This document shows positions 12,901-24,289 of a stretch of DNA of 64,000 bases, piece after piece (within the stretch, counting starts at the first letter, position 1; the number at the start of each line of letters is the position of its first letter). Position numbers and translations under genes: made by a program. This DNA is from Squalus acanthias (lineage: Eukaryota), in NCBI GenBank assembly GCA_030390025.1, contig CM059432.1, positions 116,438,001 to 116,502,000 on the forward strand, given 5' to 3'. The notes under the pieces were generated by a model. It was not told where the DNA came from and searched no databases. It was given only the letters and a program-made list of their open reading frames with translations.

Positions 12901-13064
12901 AACTACCTCTCCCGACTGAAGGAGGCGGAACTGAATCGCACCCATCAAACCCGCCTCCGGCAAAATTGCGCGGAGGCGGGTTCCGAACCCGCCCTCAGTT
13001 TTTGCCATTTTGCCAACTATCCCGCCTCCAATCCCGCCTCGTCGGGGCTGGGAAAATCGCCCCC
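9963..13064. mobile_element. Harbinger family B internal-deletion derivative retaining the Myb gene
   Basis: 16-bp TIR with one mismatch (gggcgcgattttccca/tgggaaaatcgccccc), flanks TAT/TAG. Only an N-terminal transposase scrap remains (RVYRQRMSYLNM, minus strand, about 12320-12400). Confidence 0.85.
10235..12018 (+). pseudogene. Harbinger Myb/SANT-like protein gene, family B (exons about 10235-10471, 10788-10946, 11105-12018)
   Basis: RASPRFSDETL...W...CRKRFNDL. Exon 1 donor appears deleted. Exon 2 is 159 nt versus 160 nt in the sister copy at 63110-63269. Confidence 0.8.
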
Positions 13065-13242
13065 TAGGTTTTTTTCGCAGGTATGAGCTAGGCCTAGGCA
13101 GATTTTCCTTTCAACGCCTGTTTCATTTCAATCACCAGCCTTTCAAAAAGTGTCAGTGTTCTGACTCTTTTCATCAGCTTAACTTCGAATTATCTCCCTC
13201 GACACTTCGAGAGAGAGAGAGAGAGAGAGATTGATTGATTGA

Positions 13243-13606
13243 TTACTACCTTCATCACATCTCCGTTGTAATAGTGGACCTGCAGCTGATAGTCAGCTAT
13301 CCACTTGTGCTCCCGCCAGGTTTCACTGGAGTGTTTCACACCAGGCGTACTTCACGTCGGAAAAGGGTTAAACTAGCTAAAACGTTTCAAAACGGCATTA
13401 CAGAGTCAATTTAAGGCGTGTTAACGGCTTTAATGACCTCTCCCGCCTCTTGGAGGCGGGACGGAGTTGGGAACCCCGCGACTGATTTTGTCAAAATTGC
13501 GTGGAGGCGGGATGGAGTCAGGATGGGGTCGGGGATCCCGACCCCGCAAATTTAACCCCCCACACGCCTCCAAACCCGACTCCATGGGTCATTCAAAATC
13601 CAGCCC
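13243..13606. mobile_element. Half copy of M1 MITE
   Basis: Nearly identical to 14203-14540 and ends in caaaatccagccc. Confidence 0.85.
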
Positions 13607-13789
13607 TAGAGTCTGAATGAAAGTGTCAATGAGCAGAGTAAGGTGAGTGTCTGTCATCTGTAAGAGCAGATGTTACAATAACCAGCTGCTCTTACACACC
13701 CAACACTTGCTCAGCTTTAATAACAACAGAAAACACTGGAAAAACTCAGCAGGCCCGGCAGCATCCGTGGAGAGAGAAACAGAGTTAAT

Positions 13790-14540
13790 GGGCTGGATTT
13801 TGTCTTGGGGTCGGGTTGGGGTCGTGTCATCCGCATTTCGTGTTTCCCCCCCGACTCCAGATTACTGTGGATGAATGATGCAATTTTCACTTAATTGGGC
13901 AATTGAGTTCCAGCATGTGGGAACCCATGAACTAATTAGTGGTTTCAGTCTGAAAGTCGCCTCTGATGATGTCATCATTGCTGACTGCCTAGTCTCAGAG
14001 ACTGTTGGTGAGAGAGGACCTGCCTGGCTTGCTTTTGATGTGAGTGGAGCTGGATGCAAAATGTGTGTGTGTGGGGGAAGGAGAGAGAGAGAGAGAGAGA
14101 GAGCCTTTTTTTTCCATCCAAGTTCTCTCACACCAAATGCCATGCAGTCTCTGAAGAGATTCAATGCAGCAGCATCAGAGGCGACTTTCACACCTAATAC
14201 TACTACTACCTTCATCACATCTCCGTTGTAATAGTGGACCTGCAGCCGATAGTCAGCTATCCACTTGTGCTCCCACCAGGCGTACTTCACGTCAGAAAAG
14301 GGTTAAACTAGCTAAAACATTTCAAAATAGCATTACAGAGCCAATTTAGAGCTTGTTAAGGGCTTTAATGCCTCTCCTGCCTCTTGGAGGCGGGACGGAG
14401 TCGGGAACCCCGCGACTGATTTTGTCAAAATTGCGTGGAGGCGGGATGGAGTCGGGATGGGGTCGGGACCCCCGACCCCGCAAATTTAACACGCCACACG
14501 CCTCCAAACCCGACTCCATGGGTCATTCAAAATCCAGCCC
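13790..14540. mobile_element. M1 MITE inserted in the Penelope terminal repeat
   Basis: TIRs intact. TSD AAT/AAC. The empty site aacgttaactct is seen in the copy at 24175-24186. Confidence 0.92.
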
Positions 14541-14575
14541 AACGTTTCAGGTCAAAGACCTTTCGTCAGAACTGG
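14541..14575 (-). ncRNA. Minimal hammerhead ribozyme motif (Penelope type), core intact, stem I split by the MITE
   Basis: Minus strand reads ccagtt-CTGACGA-a-AGGTC-ttt-GACCT-GAAA-CGTT. Confidence 0.7.
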
Positions 14576-15206
14576 AAAAAAGCAGGAAATGGAATAGATT
14601 TTAAAGCAAGTTTAGGGCTGGGAAAAGGGGGAGGGGATGAAAGAACAAAAGGGAAGGTCAGTGGTAGGATAGAAAGCAGGAGAGATTAAGAGACATTGGG
14701 GGAAAAATTCAGTTGGTTGCGCCTCCCGTTAGCGCCTTAAGAGGGCGCTAATGGGGCGCAAAGCCGCTAACGCCCGCGCGCAGCGATGTTTGCGCTGCTC
14801 GGGAACTTAACTAGACATTGTGCGGTGGCGCTAAACTTTACCGCCGCGACCACCTGCGCGCGCAGATTGTGACATCATTCCATGGTGCAACGCCCTTGTG
14901 GCGCCCCGGAGTGGAAATTGAGTGGCGCCCCCTGCCTTACCGCCTGGCGCATCCAACGACCGGAAGACTGGAACGCTATCAATCGCTGTGGGGCTGGGGG
15001 GGGCGCTATTTAAAGGGGGCCTCTTCCTGTCTTTTTCTGTGGTTGACATTTTTGCACCACTCGTTCTGAGAGAGAGAGAGATTCGGAGAGAGAGAAAGAG
15101 AGACTTCTGCATTGAGTCAACGCTTTGTGAGGAATTTTTGCCTACTGATCCTAACTTCGCTGGTACTTTGGTTGCTGTCCTTCATAACTTTGCTTGCAAA
15201 GAGACT

Positions 15207-16367
15207 ATGGGGGCTGCACTGATTGGGGGCGTCGTCCTGCTCCAGCTGAATCGGAGGACACAGAGACGCAGAGAGAGAGTGGCAATGATGGCCAGACGGA
15301 GGAGGGCCAACAGGCGTCTGTACAGGAGAGCTTACCCTCCCAGGGTATATCGTGAACAGCTCTCCTACATTCATATGTCTGAGGAGCTGTGTTTGCGAAG
15401 GCTGCGATTCAGCAAGGAGGTGGTCACTGAGCTCTGCCACCTGCTGCAGCCAGATCTGCAGCCTCAACTGAGGTCCAGGACATCTCTGTCGGTGGCAGTG
15501 AAGGTCACAGTGGCTCTCAACTTCTATGCTACTGGCTCATTTCAAGCTGCTGCTGGGGACCTCGCCAATATCTCCCAGTTCGCGGTGCATTGCTGCATCC
15601 GGCAGGTCACAAATGCCCTCTTTAAAAGGAGACGAGAGTTCATCTCTTTCCCCATGACCCCAGAGAAGCAGCGTGACCGCGCTCTGGGCTTTGCGAGGAT
15701 AGCGGTCTTCCCCATGGTGCAGGGCGCCATTGACTGCACGCATGTGGCTTTGCGTGCTCCACATGAGAATGCCGAGGAATTCCGGAACAGAAAGGGGTTC
15801 CATTCCTTGAATGTTCAGTTGGTCTGTGACCACAGACAGCTGATACTCGCTGTCAATGCCCACTATCCTGGCAGCTGCCACGATGATTTCATCCTGCGCC
15901 AGACTACTGTGGCAGAACTTTTCGAGGCACCGCATCAGCCAGTTGGTTGGCTTCTCGGGGACAAGGGGTATCCATTGAGCACCTGGCTGATGACACCGCT
16001 CCGTATGCCCAACACCCCTGCTGAGCTGCGGTACAACGAGAGCCATCAAGCTACCAGGAACATAATTGAGCGCACAATCGACGTGCTGAAGCAACGGTTC
16101 CGCTGTCTCGACCATTCTGGAGGAGCCCTGCAGTACTCGCCTGAGCGAGTATCCAACTTCGTAGTTGTGTACTGCATGTTGCATAACATGGCAGTCGTCA
16201 GGACCCAGCCAATGCCACCAGGCCTTGGAGCACCACCAGAGGAGGAGGAGGAAGAGGAGGAAGAGGACGAGGAGGATGATCATCAGCAGCACCAAGGCGG
16301 GAGGGCGGTCTACAATGGTGAAACTGCAAGGGCCGTCCGTCAACGGCTGATAGCAAGCCGCTTCTAG
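15207..16367 (+). CDS. Harbinger DDE transposase (HARBI1-like), 386 aa, intact
   Basis: Motifs GAIDCTH, NRKGFHSLNVQLVCD, GSCHD, LLGDKGY, RNIIERT and LKQRFRCL with no stops. ATG at 15207 is supported by the sister copy start at 23512. Confidence 0.93.
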   Translation: MGAALIGGVVLLQLNRRTQRRRERVAMMARRRRANRRLYRRAYPPRVYREQLSYIHMSEELCLRRLRFSKEVVTELCHLLQPDLQPQLRSRTSLSVAVKVTVALNFYATGSFQAAAGDLANISQFAVHCCIRQVTNALFKRRREFISFPMTPEKQRDRALGFARIAVFPMVQGAIDCTHVALRAPHENAEEFRNRKGFHSLNVQLVCDHRQLILAVNAHYPGSCHDDFILRQTTVAELFEAPHQPVGWLLGDKGYPLSTWLMTPLRMPNTPAELRYNESHQATRNIIERTIDVLKQRFRCLDHSGGALQYSPERVSNFVVVYCMLHNMAVVRTQPMPPGLGAPPEEEEEEEEEDEEDDHQQHQGGRAVYNGETARAVRQRLIASRF

Positions 16368-16679
16368 GGCCCCTGCTGTGGAAATGGCTTCTGCCATTGC
16401 TAACAACATCAATGAACCCAGCACGCAACCCCTAAGCCGGCCAAGGCACCAATGATTCCAAACACCAAACATGTATATTTTGAATACAAAAACTTATTTA
16501 TTTTACAAACTCTGTGTGTGTCATTTCCTCATGACAAACTCATAGAAATAAACACAAAAAAACAGTCATTAACATAACTGGTTCTCACAACCTGGAGATA
16601 ATGTCCAAAACACTAGACAAAAGTTGGACCACGAACCTCGGCCTTTAATAAAAAAATGACCAGCATTTTGTCACACCTC

Positions 16680-18499
16680 CTACTTTTTGCCCTTCGAGGG
16701 TGATCTCCTTCCCTTGCGCACTTCCCCCCTTCTAACCCTACTGCTCCTCCGTAATGGGACCTCAGTGGCTGCAGCAAGGCTGGTGGAAGGCTGCTGATTG
16801 TCAGACCCTGACACTGCAGATGCCCCTAAAGGACGGCCTCGACCAGTTCTGGGCCTGGAGGGCCCGGCTGCAGACTGCACCAACTCTGCATGGGCGGCAG
16901 CAGTCTGTCCTACAGGCGGTGGCAAGTGCAGTGGAGAAGTGACAGTGTTGGCAGCAGGAATGCTGTCATCGTGAGAGAGGACAGCAACTCCCTGCTCGAC
17001 CGACACACTGGCACTCCCACGGGGCAGCACTTCAGCATCCGGAGCAATCTGCTGGAGCATAGATTGCTGGCCTGCTGCGGCGCGGTGAGAGCCCCGGGGA
17101 CATGTGAACGAACCATCGAGGTTGGCAGCAGTCAGTGCTCGCGTGGCCTCAATCTGAGTCTGCATGAGAGCAGTCAGAGATGGGATCACGGCAGTCAGTG
17201 ACTGAATTGCAGCACTAAGCATTAGTGTGGCATCCGCCTGTGCTACAGCGAAGTGCTCCACACTCCTTGCCAGTGACTCAATGCATTCGGGCACCCTTCC
17301 CACTGCACCCATGAGCTCAGTGTGCATGCCCACCGCCTGGGTGTTCATTTCTGCGATCAGCCGCTCCTCCTCTGCGTCCATTGCAGTAGGAGTCGCTGGC
17401 ATACTCTCCCTCTGGGGAGAAGGCCCCCGTTCTTCCCTACCCCCATGGCGTTGCTGCAGCCCGCTGGGTCCTGGAGCTTCACCCTCATCAGACCCTTCCC
17501 CCCTGCTCCCCTCCAGGGAAGGCGTGTTCCCAGTGTGGGCATGGGCTTCCTCGGGAGAGGGTGGCACTGATGCTCCGGCTTCCTCTTCCTCCTCGGCTGC
17601 AGCTTCACTCCCACTGGCAGCTTCAGGGCCCGTCTCCTCAGCTGGTGAATCACCATCTGAAAGCAGGGAGGTACAAGAGTGGCTTTAGCGTGAGGACAGG
17701 GTGGCAGTAAGGGAGGAATAAGTGCAGCGAGTTAGCAAGTTGGATTGAAAGTGTCAAAGGCTGGTGTTGTGAGGGACAAGTGGAAGGACAGAGGACAAAA
17801 AGGTGATGACCTTACCATTGCTGTCCAGAACGGGGTCGGCGTCTCCAGTGGCGACGGGACCGATCACCCGGCTTGCCACAATCCTGTGGACGCGCTCCTC
17901 AAGATCGCTGAGGGGTTGCAGCTGAGGCCGCCCTCCACCTGTCCATTGCTGCTGTCTCCTATTATGCGCCAGCTTGGCCTGCAAGAAAAAGGACGGCATC
18001 TGAGTAAATATACAGCCATGGTCTTGCCTGATGTGCCTCCCATAGGTGAATAGCCCTTACTGTATGCAGCCATGGTCTTGCCTGATGTGCCTCCCATAGG
18101 TGAATAGCCCTTACTGTATGCAAAGTGTGGAATGTGTGTGTGTGTTTCATGAAAGGGCCATAGGTGTTGGATGAGTGTTGTGCATTGGGGTTTTAAGACC
18201 CTCTGGCCATAGAGTGAGGTTGAGATGGAGGGATGGAGAGGTATTGAGAAAAAGCCACTCACCCTGACGACCCGAGTGAGGTCGTTGAACTTTTTGCAGC
18301 ATTGAACATGGGTCCTGGGCACCATGCTCCTGGAGGAGACGCTCTGAGCCACCTCCCTCCACACTCTTCTGTACTCGCGTGGCAAAGGCCTCCTGCCACT
18401 CTCAGGGAAGAGTATAGATCTTCTGCGCTCCACCGCGCCAACCAGAGCATCCAAGGCCCGCTCGGTGAAGCGCTGAGCTCGTTCTCTCACCCTCTCCAT
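16680..18499 (-). CDS. Harbinger Myb/SANT-like DNA-binding protein; join(18499-18263, 17978-17816, 17656-16680), 458 aa
   Basis: RERAQRFT...W...CCKKFNDL / AKLAHNRRQQQWTGGG. GT-AG introns of phase 0 and phase 1 give a continuous 1377-nt frame. Confidence 0.88.
18013..18120. repeat. Perfect 54-bp tandem duplication in Myb intron 1
   Basis: cagccatggtcttgcctgatg...cttactgtatg occurs twice here and once in the sister element. Confidence 0.95.
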
Positions 18500-19059
18500 C
18501 CTTGGCAGCAAAATGGATTCACAGGTCTCTCCAGGCCGAGATTCAAGGCTGCAATGGGCAGGGTGTGGCTGGGGAGCAAGTTGGCCCCCCCCCCCTTTAA
18601 GAACTGGCCGGCGCCAGTGTGTCTGTGTTCCCTCGCTAACTGGCAGCACCTGCGCTGCGCTCGCGCGCTGAGTTAGCACCTCACTGCTCGGCCTTTGCGC
18701 CTTAAGACAGGTGTGCAGCGCCTGATTTAGCGCTCCACTCACCTCCCGGGGCGGTAAAAGTGAAGTTTCCAGTCAGTGGCGATAATTAGCGCCAGGCGCT
18801 AATTTTTGCGTCCAGACGATATTTGCGCCCCAAACGGGGCGCGACCTAATTTTTCCCCCATTGAGAGACATTAAGAGATATTCAAGGCAAGAGGAGGTGG
18901 AAATGGGACAGGTTGAGGAACAAAGGATGGCTCTAGATGAAGTGTGAATTGCGCTGGCAGAATGAAGGACAGCTGCCATGTGGGAGGGAAGAAAAAAAGG
19001 ACAAACAAAAGTGTGGATGAAAAAAATAAAAATATATATATATGTGATAGAGGCCGGGG

Positions 19060-19480
19060 TTATGATCTGAAATTGTTGAACTCTATGTTGAGTCCAGAGG
19101 GCTGTAGAGTGCCTAATCGAAAGATGAGGTGCTGTTCCTCGAGCTTACGCTGAGCTTACGTGGAACAATGCAAGAGGCCGAGGACGGTGAGGTCTGAGTG
19201 GGAATGGAGCAGTGAATTAAAGTGACAGGTCACCGGGAGCTCGGGGTCACCCTTACGGACTGAACGGAGGTGTTCCACAAAATGGTCACCCAATCTGCGT
19301 TTGGTCTCCCCAATGTAGAGGAGACCACATCGTGAGCAGCGAATACAGTATACTAAATTGCAGGAAGTACAAGTAAATCGCTGTTTCACATGGAAGGGGT
19401 GTTTGGGGCCCTGGACAGTGGGAAGGGGGGAGGTATAAGGACATGTGTTGCATCTCCTGCACTTGCACGGGAAGGTGCCG
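19060..19480 (-). pseudogene. Penelope GIY-YIG endonuclease fragment
   Basis: FPCKCRRCNTC...FTCTSCNLVYCIRCSRCGLLYIGETKRRLGDHFVEH...HFN. Confidence 0.9.
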
Positions 19481-20096
19481 GCTTTGTCCAGCAGTGCTTG
19501 ATTCAAACTCTGATTTTAAATAGTGTGGGTGAGCTAAACACTTGCTGACCGCAAGACCAGCTGTTACAGTAATCATCTGAAAGCTTCCTTCATGGTTAGG
19601 CAGGTAGGAAAAGGCAGAGCACTGGCACATAATACAGGCGGCTGATTAAAATAAACTGCTGGGGTAGGGGAGAAATGGAGTGGGGAAATTCTGTTGAAAG
19701 TTAAAATCATGGGATTTGTGATTGGCTGTTGTGCCCTGACGAATTATTACAAAGGGGGAGAAATTCGGTATCGCCCCGTTTGAGGCGCAATTATCGGCCG
19801 GGCGCAAAGTTTAGCGCCTGACGCTAATTATCGCCTCCGACTGCAAACTTGGCTTCTATCATCCCTGGAGGTGATTGGAGCGCTAAATCATGCACTACAC
19901 ACCTCTCTTAAGGCGCTAACACCTCAGAGCACTGGCGAAGCTCATGTGATGTCAGTCAGCAATGGAACACAGACACACTGGCGCCGGCCAGTTCTTAAAG
20001 GGGAGGGTCGATCTTGCTCTCCATCCACACCCTGCTCATTGCAGCCTTGAATCTCGGCCTGGAGAGACCTGTACATCAATTCTGCTGGAAAGAACA

Positions 20097-21868
20097 ATGG
20101 AGAGGCCCAGGGAAAGAACTCAGCGCTTCAGCGACCGGGCCTTGGTGGCTCTGGTTGGCGCAGTGGAGTGCCGAAGGTCAGCACTCTACCCACAGAGTGG
20201 CAGGAGGCCATTGCCACACGAATAAAGAAGAGTGTGGAGGGAGGTGGCTCAGCACGTCTCCTCCAGGAGCATGGTGCCCAGGACCCACACTCAGTGTCGG
20301 AAGAAGTTCAATAACCTCACTCGGGTGGTCAGGGTGAGTGGCTGCTTTTCAATACCTCTCCATCCCTCCATCTCAACTTCACTCTGTGCCCAGAGGGTTT
20401 AAAAACCCCAAATGCCCAACACTCATCCAAGACCTATGGCCATCTCATAAAACACACACGCACATTCCACATCTTGCATATATTAAGGGCTATTCAACTA
20501 TGGGAGGCACATCAGGCAAGCACATGGCTGCACATGTACTCAGACACCATCCTTTTTCTTGCAGGCCAAACTATCTCACAACAGGCGCCAGCAGCAACGG
20601 ACGGGTGGAGGGCCAGCTGAGCTGCAGACCCTCAGCGATTTGGAGGCGCGCATCCACAGGATCGTTGCCAGCCAGGTATAGGTACCGTGGCCGCTGGGGA
20701 GGTCGACCCCCTTGGGGACAGCAATGGTAAGTTCATCAGCTTTCTCTCCTCTCTCATTCCACTTGCCCCTCACAACACCAGCCTTTTACACTTTCAATCC
20801 AACTTACTAAATGTCTCCAGTCCTTGCTCCCTTACTGCCCCATGTCCTGACGCTAAAGCCACTCTTGTACCTCCCTGTTTTCACATAGTGAACCACCAGC
20901 TGAGCAGCCTGTCCCTCAACCAACCAGTGGGAGCGACGCCCCAGGCGAGGAGGAAGAGGAAGCCGGAGCCTCAGTGCCTGCATCTCCCAAGGGAGCCCAT
21001 TCCGACACTGGGACCACGTCTTCCATGGAGGGGAGCAGGGGGGAAGGGTCTGATGTGGACAAAGCTCCTGGACCCAGCGGGCTGCAGCAACGCCATGGGG
21101 GTAAGGAAGCTCGGGGGCCATCTCCCCGGAGGGTGAGTAGGCAAGCGAGTCCTGCTGCACTGGACGCAGAGGAGGAGCGTGTCATCGCGGAAATGAATAG
21201 CCAGGCCTTGAGCATGCACACTCAGCTCATGGGTGCAATGGCAAGGGTGCCCGAAAGCATAGATGGATTGGCCAGGAGTGTGGAGCACACTGCTGCAGCA
21301 CAGGCCAATGCAACGCAACGGCTTAGTGCTGCAATTCAGTCACTGGGTGCTGCCATCCAATCTCAGACTGCTCTCATGCAGTCTCAGATTGATGTAACGC
21401 AAGCACTGACTGCTGCTATCGTCGCTGGTTCGGCCACATTGCCCCGGGGCTCTCACGGTGCCGCAGCAGGCCAGCAATGTGATCGAGCAGATTGCTCTGG
21501 ATGCTGAGGTACTGCCCCGTGGGAGTGCCAGTGTGTCGGTCGAGCAGGAAGGTGCTGTCCTCTCTCAGGATGACAGGATTCCTGCTCCCACCACTGTCAC
21601 TTCCCCATTGCACTTGCCACCGCCTGCAACACAGCCAGCCCAGACTGCAGCCGCCCATGCAGAGTTGGTTCAGTCGGCAGCCGGGCCCTCCAGGCCCAGA
21701 GCTGGTCGAGGGCATCCTTCAAGGGCATCTGTAGTCTCAGCATCTGACATTCAGCAGCCTTCCACCAGCCTTGCTGCAGCTACTGGGGCCTCATTACGGA
21801 GGAGCAGTAGGGTGGGAAGGGGGGAAGTACGCAGGGGATGGAGATCACCCTCGAAGGGCAATCAGTAG
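20097..21868 (+). pseudogene. Myb/SANT partner pseudogene (exons 20097-20333, 20565-20726, about 20885-21868)
   Basis: Premature TAA at 20223, 1-nt loss in exon 2, exon 3 acceptor mutated (cag to cac) and a frameshift near 21478. Confidence 0.88.
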
Positions 21869-22180
21869 GAGGTCTAAATAAATGGTGGGAATGTTTGTAA
21901 TAAAGGTCGAGGTTCATCTGATAAAATTTGTTTACTGTTTTGGCGTTTTTCTCCAGCTTGTGAGAACCAGTTCTGTAAATTCATGATTTGTTATGTTTGT
22001 TTCTAATTGTTTGTCCTGAATAAATGACACACATAGAGTTTGTTAAAGAAAAAAGTTGTTGTATTCAAAATTTACATTTTTGGCCTTTGGAATCATTGCA
22101 GCTTTGGCCGGCTATAGGGGTTGCGGGTTGCTTTCCATGATGTTGTTCTCCATGCCAGAAGCCATCTTCTGAGTAGGGGC

Positions 22181-23512
22181 CTAGAAGCGGCTTGTTATCA
22201 GCCGTTGATGGACGGCCCTTGCAGTGGCAACATTGTGGGCCTCCCTCCCACCTTGGTGCTGCTGCTGATCATGCTCCTCATCCTCCTCCTCCTTCTCCTT
22301 CTCAGGAGGTGCACCAATCCCTGGTGGCATTAAAACATAGAAACATAGAATCTAGGAGCAGGAGTAGGCCATTCGGCCCGTCGAGCCTGCTCCACCATTC
22401 AATACGATCATGGCTGATCATCCAAATCCAGTACCCTGTCCCTGCTTTAATCCCCACAGTACACATATCCCACCCTACCCCTGTAACCCCACGTATTTAA
22501 TTCCCCCTAACATATCCCATCCTATCCCCATAACCCCACATATTTAATCCCCCCCTAACACTAAGGGTCAATTTATCATAGCCAAATCAACCTAACCCAC
22601 ACATTTTTGGACTGTGGGAGGAAACCGGAGCACCCGGAGGAAACCCACGCAGACACGGGGAGAATGTGCAAACTCCACACAGACAGTCACCCGAGGTCAG
22701 ATTCGAACCCGGGTCTCTGGTGCTGTGAGGCACCAGTGCTAACCACTATGCCACCGTTGGCTGGGTCCTCAGGATTGCCAGGTTATGAAGCATGCAGCAT
22801 ACAACTATGAAGAGGTCTGGCGCAGGATGAAAGCATCATGACTGCTGCCAGGATAGCGGGCATTGACGGCGAGTATGAGCTGTCTGTGGTCACAGACCAA
22901 CTGGACATTTAAGGAGTGGCAGCCCTTGCGGTTTCGGAAAACCTCTGCATTTTCATGCGGTGCCCACAATGCCACATGTGTGCAGTCAATGGCGCCCTGC
23001 ACCATGGGGAAGCCCGCTATCCTAGTAAAGCCACATGCGCGTTCATGCTGTTTGGCCCGGATCATGGAGAAAGAGGTGTACTGGCGTCTCCTTTTATACA
23101 GGGCATTTGTCACCACCCGGATACAGCAATGGACAGTGAACTGGGAGATATTAGCGATATCCCCAGTAGATGCTTGAAAGGAGCCGCTGGCATAAAAATT
23201 CAGAGCCACTGTCACCTTCACTGCCACCGACAGAGACGTCCTGGTCCTCAGTTGAGGATGCAGATCTGGTTGCAGCAGGTGGCAGAGCTCAGTGACCACC
23301 TCCTTGCTGAAGCGCAGCCTGCGCAAACACTGCTCCTCAGACAAATGAATGTAGGAGAATTGCTCACGGAATACCCTAGGAGGGTAAGGCCTCCTGTGCA
23401 GAGGCCTGTTGGCCCTCCTCCCTCTGGCCATGTTTGCCACTCTCTCTCTGTGTATTTGATGCCTCAAATTCTGCAGGTGCAGGACGACGCCCCGAATTAG
23501 TGCAGCTCCCAT
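22181..23512 (-). pseudogene. Harbinger transposase pseudogene
   Basis: Intact to ILRQT, then a deletion removes GDKGY and IER. A SINE is inserted at 22332. Confidence 0.9.
22332..22756 (-). mobile_element. Near full-length tRNA-derived V-SINE (HE1-like) with CR1-type tail
   Basis: Minus strand: A box TGGCATAGTGG, B box GGTTCGAATC, V-domain ttctccccgtgtctgcgtgggtttcctccgggtgctccggtttcctccc, tail (ttctatgt)n. Confidence 0.9.
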
Positions 23513-24112
23513 AGTCTCTTCTAAATCGATGCAAGGAAGGTCAAATCAAAAAGAACCTGCAAAGTGCTGCTCAGTACCCAAAACTCCTTCACACAGCGTT
23601 GAATCTCTCCAGAAGTCTCTCTCTCTCAGAATCTCTCTCTCTCTCAATATGCATGGTGCAAAAATGTTGCTGACAAAAAAAAGCAGGAAGAGGCCACCTT
23701 TAAATAGCGCTCCCCCAGCCCCTTCCCGACTGCAAAACGTTCCCCTCTACCTGTCGTTGCTAGCGGCAGGCAGAAAGGCAGGGAGCGCCACTCAATATCC
23801 GGTCCGGGGCGCTACCAGGGCATTGCACGCTCGACTGATGTCACGATCTGCGGGCGCAGGAGATCGTGGCGGTAGTGTTTAGCACCGCCGCAAAATATCT
23901 GGTCAATTTCACGAGCGCCGCAAACATTGCTGCGCCCGGGCGTTAGTTGCTTTGCGCCCCGTTAGCGCCCTCTTAGGGCTAATCATCCGAATTTTCTCCC
24001 CAAAGTATTTACAGCACTGAAACAGGCCATTCCGCCCAACTGGTCCACACCGGTGTTTTATGCTCCACAAGAGCCTCCTCCCACCCTTCTTCATATCACC
24101 CCATCAGCACAC

Positions 24113-24282
24113 TTGCTTAAAAATCTGTTACATCTCTAACTTTTTCCAGTTCTGACGAAGGGTCATCGACCTGCAACGTTAACTCTGTTTCTCTCTCCAC
24201 AGATGCTGACTGACCTGCTGAGTATTTCCAGCATTTTCTGTTTTTATTTCAGATTTCCAGCATCCGCAGTATTTTGCTTTTG
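24113..24282 (+). mobile_element. Penelope terminal repeat fragment with mutated hammerhead core (GAAA to GCAA)
   Basis: ccagtt-CTGACGA-agggtc-atc-gacct-GCAA-cgtt-aact at 24146-24184. Confidence 0.75.
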
Positions 24283-24289
24283 TGTTCCC

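Larger units (their letters stand above)
14698..18859. mobile_element. Full-length, apparently intact autonomous PIF/Harbinger transposon (family A), 4162 bp
   Basis: Perfect TIR gggggaaaaatt, TSD ATT (14695-14697 and 18860-18862), two convergent intact genes. Confidence 0.95.
13720..19480 (-). mobile_element. 5'-truncated Penelope-like element (GIY-YIG end plus terminal repeat) split by two nested Harbinger insertions
   Basis: Pieces 13720-13789, 14541-14697 and 18863-19480 join across the TSDs. Confidence 0.8.
19754..24001. mobile_element. Decayed family A Harbinger, inverted relative to 14698-18859
   Basis: TIRs gggggagaaattcgg/ccgaattttctcccc, TSD AAA. Confidence 0.92.

Noticed and set aside
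14922..15206. 95-aa N-terminal extension of the transposase ORF
   Set aside because: It starts at GTG, crosses the TATA-like box and (GA)n, and is not open in sister copies. ATG 15207 is preferred.
15207..16367. Domesticated HARBI1 host gene
   Set aside because: It lies within TIRs and a TSD and has multiple related copies, so it is a transposon gene.
22690..22756. tRNA gene
   Set aside because: The A and B boxes belong to the SINE head, and no full cloverleaf is evident.
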